Of a DNA stretch of 64,000 nt, positions 57,356 through 64,000 are shown piece by piece; the stretch's first letter is position 1; every line of letters begins with the position of its first letter. The notes beneath the pieces are model-generated. The model was not told where the DNA came from. It saw only the letters and a list, made by a program, of their open reading frames with translations, and did not search any database. The stretch is from IMG/VR virus record IMGVR_UViG_3300042691_015660, one strand, 5' to 3'. The stretch is from a virus. The translations under genes and the position numbers were made by a program.

Positions 57356-58770
57356 CAACAAGACAAAACGCAGATTACGGACACGATATACAAAAATTAT
57401 ATTTGGAAATGATGCTCAGCGACGCAGAAACATTTGTACGCTGTCAAAGCATCTTCGACTATGAACTGTTTGATAGAAAGCTTCAAGACACTGCTAGATT
57501 TATCGCTAACTATGTAACTGAACACAGTGTGTTACCCACATATGAAATGGTTAATGCTGCTACACATATTAATTTACAACCACATAATAGTTTAAGAGAA
57601 GAACACTTTGATTGGTTGCTTGGAGACTTTGAAACATTTATTAGACATAAGGGTCTAGAACGTGCTATTCTTAAAAGTGCAGACTTATTAGAAAAAGGCG
57701 AATATGGTCCTGTAGAAGATTTAGTCAAACAAGCAGTACAGATCGGATTGACTAAGGACATGGGCACCGACTACTTTGAGGATCCTCGTGCTCGATTACT
57801 GCGCATCAAAGATAAAAATGGACAGATGGCCACAGGATGGCCTACTATGGATAAGAGACTGTTTGGAGGGATGAATAGAGGGGAACTCAATATCTTTGCT
57901 GGCGGCTCGGGTGCGGGTAAAAGTTTATTCTTAGCTAATTTGGGCGTTAATTGGGCGTTACAAGGTCTTAATGTAATATATCTAACATTGGAACTTAGTG
58001 AAGAATTAGTTAGTATGCGTATTGATAGCATGGTTACAGAAATTCCTACTAGAGATATTTTTAAACAGATAGACGAAGTAGAAATGAAAGTTAAAGTTAT
58101 CGGTAAGAAAGCAGGCACATATCAAGTCAAGTATATGCCTAGTGGTAAAACAACTAACGACATCCGAAGCTATCTTAAGGAATATGAAATTAAACTAGGA
58201 CGTAAAATAGATATACTGCTAGTAGATTATTTAGACTTACTTATGCCTCATAGTAGAAAGATCAGTGCGGAAAACTTGTTCGTTAAGGACAAGTATGTGT
58301 CAGAAGAACTACGTAATCTAGCAATGGAAAAACAATGTGTACTGGTCACAGCAGCACAGTTAAATCGAGGCGCAGTAGAAGAAGTAGAATATGATCATAG
58401 CCATATCTCAGGCGGTTTAAGTAAAATACAAACAGCTGATAATGTGTTCGGTATCTTTACTAGTCGTGCTATGCGTGAACGAGGAAAATATCAAATCCAA
58501 TTAATGAAAACACGTAGCAGTAGCGGCGTAGGTATGAAAATTGATTTAGACTTTGATATTGATACACTACGTATCACAGACCCAGGCGAAGAAGGACAAA
58601 CTGAAAACGAACAGACAGCTAGTCGCAGCAGCAGTATCCTTAATAATCTACAACGTAATAGTACAGTCAGTGATGACCCTACAGAAGGCCGGAGTGCTCC
58701 TAAAAACGTACAAGTCGAAAGTACTAAACTAAGACAACTACTTAATAATTTTAATACCGACGATTTATAA
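57352..58770 (+). CDS. gp41: Replicative DnaB-like helicase, T4 gp41-like
   Basis: GGSGAGKS, LELSE, VDYLDL, AQLNR, K.R. Confidence 0.93.
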   Translation: MTTRQNADYGHDIQKLYLEMMLSDAETFVRCQSIFDYELFDRKLQDTARFIANYVTEHSVLPTYEMVNAATHINLQPHNSLREEHFDWLLGDFETFIRHKGLERAILKSADLLEKGEYGPVEDLVKQAVQIGLTKDMGTDYFEDPRARLLRIKDKNGQMATGWPTMDKRLFGGMNRGELNIFAGGSGAGKSLFLANLGVNWALQGLNVIYLTLELSEELVSMRIDSMVTEIPTRDIFKQIDEVEMKVKVIGKKAGTYQVKYMPSGKTTNDIRSYLKEYEIKLGRKIDILLVDYLDLLMPHSRKISAENLFVKDKYVSEELRNLAMEKQCVLVTAAQLNRGAVEEVEYDHSHISGGLSKIQTADNVFGIFTSRAMRERGKYQIQLMKTRSSSGVGMKIDLDFDIDTLRITDPGEEGQTENEQTASRSSSILNNLQRNSTVSDDPTEGRSAPKNVQVESTKLRQLLNNFNTDDL

Positions 58771-58806
58771 TTGAGTGAATCTTTCTATTTCATAATAAAT
58801 AAAATT

Positions 58807-59232
58807 ATGATAGAACCTGAGTACTACCGCGTGTGGTTCGAAGTCATAGACCATAGCAAGAAAAAATACGGTTGGCCGATCCCTTCCTATATAGAACAGT
58901 ACCTTAGTGCTGTCTTAGCCAACTACACTGACAAGCCTGATTGGCAACCCGAGTCTACTTGGGCAGAGACGCTGTTACAGTTACAATCAGCACAGGCTGC
59001 AAAAATCCTAGGCGATCAAGCCTTGTTTGCTGCTGTTATATTTCCTAACATGCTGAATCGTAAAGGAATCTCAGAGCAGTACTTCCACAGCATAGGGCGC
59101 AGCAGTTACAATCGCGCCACGCAGATCAATGCTGAACTGTTTGGCACCATGAGCCAGCATTTTAGCTATCTAGCGCACTGTCTACAACAATGTGTGCGAG
59201 ACAACCCCCAGATAGAATGGCACAAACAGTAA
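58807..59232 (+). CDS. Hypothetical protein
   Basis: Start reassigned to in-frame ATG 58807 (TAAATA-N5-ATG). Confidence 0.6.
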   Translation: MIEPEYYRVWFEVIDHSKKKYGWPIPSYIEQYLSAVLANYTDKPDWQPESTWAETLLQLQSAQAAKILGDQALFAAVIFPNMLNRKGISEQYFHSIGRSSYNRATQINAELFGTMSQHFSYLAHCLQQCVRDNPQIEWHKQ

Positions 59233-59296
59233 ATACTTAGAGCGTACAATTTGGAGCGATTATGTCAGCACGGTGCTGGAGTCCGGGAGCGAAACC

Positions 59297-60079
59297 GTGG
59301 ATCCATTAACACTTTTTGCCTTAGCCAACGGAGCCGTACAGGCTGTCAAAAAGGGTTGCGAACTTTACAAAGAAATCAAGAGTGCTGCTGGGGATGTCAA
59401 AGACGTCCTTAAAGATCTTGATGACCAATTCCACAACAAATACAAAGATCGTGCTCCTACCATTGCGGAAAAAAATCAGTTCATCCAAGAAAAAAATCGT
59501 ATCATCGAGCTTAACAAAAAGGGCGGTGAAACTACTAATATCTATACAGAAATTGGTCAGCAGTTAGGAGCTTATTTTGACAATTACTATAAATGTCTAG
59601 CAGTATTCGAAGAAGAAGAACGACGTAGTAAAACAGAAGTATACCATGGTGAAGATAGTCTAGGCAAACGTGCTCTACAACGTGTGTTACTGAAAAAACA
59701 GCTAGAACACATGAGTCAAGAACTGCGCGAAATCATGGTCTATCAAAGTCCTCCAGAACTAGGAGCATTATGGACTGACGTAGAAGCTATGATGAAAACT
59801 GTGGGCAAGGAACAAAGTGTAGCAATTGGTATAGAAATGCGACGACATGCAGAACAGACTAAGATCAGAGCACGTCGTAGGAAACGCCTTCAATACAGAA
59901 TTCTATGCTGGACCAGTAGTAGTATAGGTGTAATCTATCTGGTTTGGTTAATATGGGCCGTGGTACAAATACGTATAGATAATAATCCTGAACTAGGGCG
60001 TTGTCTTATACCTAAAGGACAGTGGCCTTACGAGCACTATAATAATTTAAAGTGGATAGACTGTGAGCAGATTAAATAG
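59297..60079 (+). CDS. Coiled-coil protein with C-terminal transmembrane helix
   Basis: GGGAG SD before GTG 59297 (MDPLTLFALANGAV); basic RRRKR then hydrophobic IGVIYLVWLIWAVV; two distal Cys. Confidence 0.7.
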   Translation: MDPLTLFALANGAVQAVKKGCELYKEIKSAAGDVKDVLKDLDDQFHNKYKDRAPTIAEKNQFIQEKNRIIELNKKGGETTNIYTEIGQQLGAYFDNYYKCLAVFEEEERRSKTEVYHGEDSLGKRALQRVLLKKQLEHMSQELREIMVYQSPPELGALWTDVEAMMKTVGKEQSVAIGIEMRRHAEQTKIRARRRKRLQYRILCWTSSSIGVIYLVWLIWAVVQIRIDNNPELGRCLIPKGQWPYEHYNNLKWIDCEQIK

Positions 60080-60093
60080 ACAGAGGATTTAGT

Positions 60094-60180
60094 ATGTGGA
60101 TGAATTTATTAGTTATTGTGTTAGCCTTGATAGTAGTAGCCGTATTTGTATGGCTGTTAGAGGAAAATTATGACGACTGA
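60094..60180 (+). CDS. 28-aa single-TM micro-protein (not in ORF track)
   Basis: GAGGA SD; MWMNLLVIVLALIVVAVFVWLLEENYDD. Confidence 0.55.
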   Translation: MWMNLLVIVLALIVVAVFVWLLEENYDD

Positions 60181-60409
60181 CAGTGAAGATCCTAAGAACG
60201 CCTTAGATAAAATGAAGAAAGAAATGGCTAAGAAAAAGGCCAAGCTTACGGTACCCGCAGACTTTCTAGACAATGCCAAGAGCTATGATGACAAGCTGAC
60301 CTTGGTCAAGATCCTTAGTGAAAAAGAAAAGCAGCGTGTGGTTCTGCTGTTCAAGAAGATGATACAGAGTGGTATAGAAGAAGAAAACAAAAAGAAAGGT
60401 TTAAAATAA
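60170..60409 (+). CDS. Small Lys-rich hypothetical protein
   Basis: GAGGA SD; 79 aa. Confidence 0.65.
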   Translation: MTTDSEDPKNALDKMKKEMAKKKAKLTVPADFLDNAKSYDDKLTLVKILSEKEKQRVVLLFKKMIQSGIEEENKKKGLK

Positions 60410-60492
60410 TGGATACTATAGATTTGTTTATACTGTTAGCCTTAGTGGGTATGATTTTATATTATGTGGTCAATGTGGGACCTTTCGAATAG
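60409..60492 (+). CDS. 27-aa single-TM micro-protein (not in ORF track)
   Basis: TAATG coupling; MDTIDLFILLALVGMILYYVVNVGPFE. Confidence 0.5.
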   Translation: MDTIDLFILLALVGMILYYVVNVGPFE

Positions 60493-60546
60493 CCCGCAGT
60501 CGCGCAGCGCACAGCGCAGCAGTCCCGGTAAGCCATAAATACTACC

Positions 60547-61398
60547 ATGAAGATCCAAGAAATCATACAAGAATACGATGCCACAGATCAGCAGATACGC
60601 TATCGCAAACCTAACTTTGACTACGACACACTGCAGAACAAAGGAGAACGTGACAGCGACCAGGCCTTGAACAAGGGTGTACAACCAGGCTGGTACAGTG
60701 GCGGGCAGACTAATCCCCGTGATCCGCACGAGTTCATTAAGAAGCCACATCTTACTGCTAAACTGGATAAAGATGCTTACTACAAGTACGTTATGGAAAT
60801 ACGTGAACTCAAGCAGCAGGGCTATCACAATCCTTTCTTTCCACAGGTCTATAACATAGACATTACACAAGATCCCAAGGGTAATCAGCGTCCACGTTAT
60901 CGTATAGAAAAACTACAGCAGGGCGATAGCTTTCCAGCTAGAACACTTATAGGCCTGTATGAACGCCTGTTCAACGACGAGTTTGATCAGCGTAATCTAG
61001 AAGGCGTTAGTAATCGATCATATGCAGTATGGAGAGAAATAGCTAATCAGGTCAATCGTGCTGTGGAACGCAGTAACTATACTAACATACGCGATGATCA
61101 ATTAATGGAAGCATTGGTATTGATAGATCGTATTGTACAGGAAAATCCAGATTGGAATGTGGACCTACATGTAAACAATATCCGTGTACGCGGCAGTAGT
61201 GTAGGTCCACAGCTGGTGCTCATGGATCCAATCAGTGATGGTGGTGCCAGTATACCAGACTATGACGATATCAAATCTGGTCCACGTAATAACCAAATGA
61301 TGCCTCCACCGCCTCCGGACACACCAAAGAAGCAGACTGGTCTAGGCACACTGCTAAAGCGTAAGTTGGACCAAAAAGATCAAGACTCTTCGGCTTGA
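60547..61398 (+). CDS. Atypical protein-kinase-like fold protein with capsid-targeting-like N-terminus
   Basis: FPQVY, IEKL, DLHVNNI catalytic loop, LMDP; MKIQEIIQE; TAAATA-N5-ATG start. Confidence 0.6.
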   Translation: MKIQEIIQEYDATDQQIRYRKPNFDYDTLQNKGERDSDQALNKGVQPGWYSGGQTNPRDPHEFIKKPHLTAKLDKDAYYKYVMEIRELKQQGYHNPFFPQVYNIDITQDPKGNQRPRYRIEKLQQGDSFPARTLIGLYERLFNDEFDQRNLEGVSNRSYAVWREIANQVNRAVERSNYTNIRDDQLMEALVLIDRIVQENPDWNVDLHVNNIRVRGSSVGPQLVLMDPISDGGASIPDYDDIKSGPRNNQMMPPPPPDTPKKQTGLGTLLKRKLDQKDQDSSA

Positions 61399-61652
61399 AC
61401 ACCTGCTATACCACCAACACCTGCAACAGCTTCCACTGGTGATTTATAGGTAGTCTCATGATCGATATTCATATGAAACGTACCAGCTGTACGTTCAGCG
61501 TCAGTCATAGGTAAAGGATCACGTGGCGGAATGCCTTCTACCACTGGCGGTGGTGGCGCATTCGGTGGTGTAATACCGTTGTTAAACACAGGTAATTCCG
61601 GTTCTTGAGCTGCGTCGACTGCAGGTTCTGGTACAGTATATTCTGTTGACAT
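61380..61652 (-). CDS. Pro-rich hypothetical protein
   Basis: AGGAGA SD before ATG 61652 (MSTEY...); minus-strand TAAATA at 61670-61675. Confidence 0.6.
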   Translation of the reverse strand: MSTEYTVPEPAVDAAQEPELPVFNNGITPPNAPPPPVVEGIPPRDPLPMTDAERTAGTFHMNIDHETTYKSPVEAVAGVGGIAGVQAEES

Positions 61653-61707
61653 AATAGTCTCCTTTTGCATATTTAACATAAATATTCTGGTTTGATAAAG
61701 GATAACG

Positions 61708-61893
61708 ATGACTGAAACACACACTAGAACTATGGTGCGAGCTGTTGTTTGGAGAATAATAGCCACATTGGTAACAGCAATTTGGGCAGGATGGAGCGGA
61801 GCTATTATGGCTAACATTGTGCTCACTGTACTACACTATGTGCATGAACGTGCTTGGTTAAAGATCAAGTGGGGACGAGTTCACGATTCTTGA
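61708..61893 (+). CDS. DUF2061-like small membrane protein
   Basis: ETH.RT...AV.WRIIAT and Y.HER.W.KI.WG. Confidence 0.75.
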   Translation: MTETHTRTMVRAVVWRIIATLVTAIWAGWSGAIMANIVLTVLHYVHERAWLKIKWGRVHDS

Positions 61894-62735
61894 AAGTACT
61901 TGGTATAAACACGTCGAGCAAAATTACTATGATGAGTCACACTGGGATGCATGTCATTTTCTGCTGGTGGAATACTGGGATCGTGTATTACAGTACAAAG
62001 GTCATGATCCACTGGTAGGGTATACCAAGTGTTAGGATCGGGTATGATATATGGATCACGTAGCGATGGTGCGAGTTCAGATCTAGCAGATTCAAGCTGC
62101 AGATCATATGCTTCGGGTTCTACACTGAGATGTATGACACGAGCACCCGTGGCTCTAAGCAGGCCATCAGTGGCAGCAAGCAGGATTAGATTGTTGTAAA
62201 AACGATTATACACGCCCATGGGATCCAAGGCCAACTGTGCTGTTTGATGTATGTGATCATAAATTAGTTGATCCGCATGATCCGTGCTGTTGTCCGAAGG
62301 ACTGAGGCCAAAAAATTTATTAAACCCTTTGGTCACTGTGCGCCATCCCCAATTGGTATCAATCATGCTGCAGAACGGTACTGTGGTTCTAGCGGGCCAC
62401 TGTAGGCTTAGTCTACTGAGATATGTCCACATGACTATGACTGTGTCTGTGGGTTGTATTGTGGGAGCAGCTAGTACACACTGTCGTGCTATCTGCTGGA
62501 AGCAGGCGCCGCGACGAGCATGATTCTCAACAGGAATACTGAGTTGATTGGCTAGTACATTGGGCCAAGCGTACAGACTGGGTTCGTATATGTGAATACT
62601 GGTCCAATGAATTCCTTGATCATGAACTTCCTGATCGGAAAGTGGTTGCCCTTGTGCGTTCACAGCGGGACGAACCACATCTGGAAGCGCAAATCCCTGT
62701 GTTATACTGCAGCCGAATGTATGTAATGTAGTCAT
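61881..62735 (-). CDS. SGNH/GDSL-like hydrolase or acyltransferase
   Basis: FGCSITQG block I, N.A..GA block II, C-terminal DMHP; TAAATA-N5-ATG on minus strand. Confidence 0.7.
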   Translation of the reverse strand: MTTLHTFGCSITQGFALPDVVRPAVNAQGQPLSDQEVHDQGIHWTSIHIYEPSLYAWPNVLANQLSIPVENHARRGACFQQIARQCVLAAPTIQPTDTVIVMWTYLSRLSLQWPARTTVPFCSMIDTNWGWRTVTKGFNKFFGLSPSDNSTDHADQLIYDHIHQTAQLALDPMGVYNRFYNNLILLAATDGLLRATGARVIHLSVEPEAYDLQLESARSELAPSLRDPYIIPDPNTWYTLPVDHDLCTVIHDPSIPPAENDMHPSVTHHSNFARRVYTKYFQES

Positions 62736-62962
62736 ACGATTATTTACTGTGTGCGAACAAGTGGGGCATAAAAAGTGAGTGCTAGCAGAAAATGGGTCCT
62801 ACAGGTATTAAAAAATTGCTGCGCGAAAATTTTAAAATAGCTACTATTTCCTCTCGGGGTGGTGATTTTACTCCGGTACCATTTGTAAAAGTAACAATAT
62901 AAAATAAAAATATATACCTCCCCACCCCGACCATTCTCGAAAAAATTTCTCAACCTCGAGAG

Positions 62963-63057
62963 AAAAAAAATCCCCAGCACCGGGAGCGAATCGGACACTG
63001 GGGATAAGATGGGCCACGATGGCCCTTACTAGTATGCTGGTTGGGAGCGAATCAACC
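62963..63057 (-). ncRNA. Candidate structured 3'-UTR / small RNA: three hairpins, two with identical AUUCGCUCC loops, ending in a U8 terminator
   Basis: Plus-strand stems ATCCCCAG/CTGGGGAT (62970-63005), GGGCCA/TGGCCC (63011-63025), GGTTG/CAACC (63039-63057); A8 at 62963-62970. Confidence 0.5.
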
Positions 63058-63882
63058 GCGGCGCATACAGGTAACCTCTGCTACACTCTGCCACTTATTA
63101 GGAAAGCTCTTACGCAGGTCTGCTATCTTAAGCACAGTACGCAGTGACAGCTCACGTAGCTTCTTCTTGTTATTGTCTATAAAGCTGACTAGCTCAGCTT
63201 GTTCTTCTGTAGTAAACTCATAGTCCATGAGCATGCCGTCTTCTATGATCTGTTCAATACGCAGCATCTTCTCGCGCTCTGTATCAATAGTAAGATCCAA
63301 GTAGTGGCAACGACTCTCCAGTGCTGCCAAGTGATCCTGTAGCTTCTTGCTGCGTACATTCTCAAACTTGATGTTGGTGATAAAGATAGCACCGCCCTTA
63401 AACTCAAAGCTGTTGGGTGCGCCCTGATCACGCAGCAGTCTGCTGTCTGTGTTCCAATGTATGGTACGCTTCTTGCTGCTGTCCAGTGCTGCTTTCAAGA
63501 TGTTCAAGCTGAGCTCATCCTGTAGCACACTGTCGCAGTCATCAAACACTAGAATAGACTTGGCATCCTTGTACTCATATAACTTTGAATACAAGCCTAG
63601 GGCACTCATAGCACCTTTTACCACTTCATACTTTTTCAGCTTGCTGTTGTTGGCCACAGTGGCCATCAAGTCATGCTTGCTGAGTACTTCTTCTACACCA
63701 AAGCTCTTGCCCACTCCTGGAGGACCCGTCACAATCATAGCACGTACATCACCCTTCTTAACAGCACGAGTCATGTCGTTCAGTATCTCAAAACGCTCAC
63801 GCAGGCGTTCCTTGATCTGTTCATCAGTTTCTGTTTTGGGCTTGTTCAGCTTGGGGATTTCAAAGTTCATTGTGTGTTTCAT
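63052..63882 (-). CDS. AAA-family P-loop ATPase
   Basis: GPPGVGKS Walker A, LVFDDCD Walker B, ITN sensor, SRC arginine finger. Confidence 0.85.
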   Translation of the reverse strand: MKHTMNFEIPKLNKPKTETDEQIKERLRERFEILNDMTRAVKKGDVRAMIVTGPPGVGKSFGVEEVLSKHDLMATVANNSKLKKYEVVKGAMSALGLYSKLYEYKDAKSILVFDDCDSVLQDELSLNILKAALDSSKKRTIHWNTDSRLLRDQGAPNSFEFKGGAIFITNIKFENVRSKKLQDHLAALESRCHYLDLTIDTEREKMLRIEQIIEDGMLMDYEFTTEEQAELVSFIDNNKKKLRELSLRTVLKIADLRKSFPNKWQSVAEVTCMRRG

Positions 63883-63946
63883 GTCAGCTCCGCTCTGTTG
63901 GTAAGTGTGTAATATTGCTAGACACTATTGCTAATGTCTAGTGTAT

Positions 63947-63975
63947 ATTATAACTTAGATAAAGCTGTCTGTCAA
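63947..63975 (-). promoter_or_regulatory. Consensus sigma70 (early) promoter TTGACA-N17-TATAAT
   Basis: TGTCAA 63970-63975 and ATTATA 63947-63952 on the plus strand; drives the ATPase gene. Confidence 0.85.
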
Positions 63976-64000
63976 TCTCTTATTAGCAATATCTTTGGCC

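Noticed and set aside
27481-58770. Inteins or introns in terminase, UvsX, UvsW or helicase
   Set aside because: Lengths are ordinary, motifs are contiguous, and no intein C...HN splice motifs were seen
62744-62998. 84-aa minus-strand ORF in the low-complexity gap
   Set aside because: Starts inside the terminator hairpin, has no SD and an atypical composition; more likely non-coding
705-63912. Many short ORF-track entries antisense or out of frame within long genes (e.g. 6648-7247, 9506-9940, 44835-45404, 60457-60870, 63449-63904)
   Set aside because: Shadows of well-supported genes, with no SD, promoter or motifs
1-64000. Alternative genetic code (TAG/TGA recoding), as in some jumbo phages
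   Set aside because: Core genes are full length in code 11; TAG, TGA and TAA all end genes at sensible, often coupled, positions
1-64000. tRNA, rRNA or CRISPR arrays
   Set aside because: Intergenic gaps are short; no cloverleaf or regularly spaced repeat-spacer pattern was seen by eye (tRNAscan not run)

Overview
This window is part of a large, AT-rich, T4-related (jumbo-type) myovirus genome read with the standard code. I see no tRNA, rRNA, CRISPR array, integrase or transposase. From left to right: (1) three tandem Cys/Gly-rich paralogs, then a GT9-like glycosyltransferase and a full-length NodU/CmcH carbamoyltransferase; (2) fibre and structural proteins, including a 2233-aa protein with four CxRD repeats; (3) NUDIX, an inverted gp15-gp14 / gp13 neck module, dNMP kinase, HNH, a 1148-aa tail sheath, tail tube, gp4, terminase and gp32; (4) a DUF3050 heme-oxygenase-like enzyme and a B12-type radical SAM gene inserted between gp32 and uvsX/uvsY; (5) a ~15 kb glycan biosynthesis and modification island interleaved with uvsW; (6) replication genes: clamp-loader-like protein, a 193-aa mini DnaE, primase, a micro-ORF, a half carbamoyltransferase and helicase; (7) a compositionally distinct right end with membrane micro-ORFs, a kinase-like protein, an SGNH protein and an AAA ATPase. 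Non-coding highlights are a fixed TAAATA-N5-ATG architecture suggesting leaderless late mRNAs, promoters embedded in hairpins, and a twin-loop structured 3'-UTR RNA (62963-63057) whose loops are complementary to two GGAGCGA ribosome-binding-like sites upstream of a membrane-protein gene about 3.7 kb away. All protein calls come from motifs and synteny recognised by eye; no database search was run.
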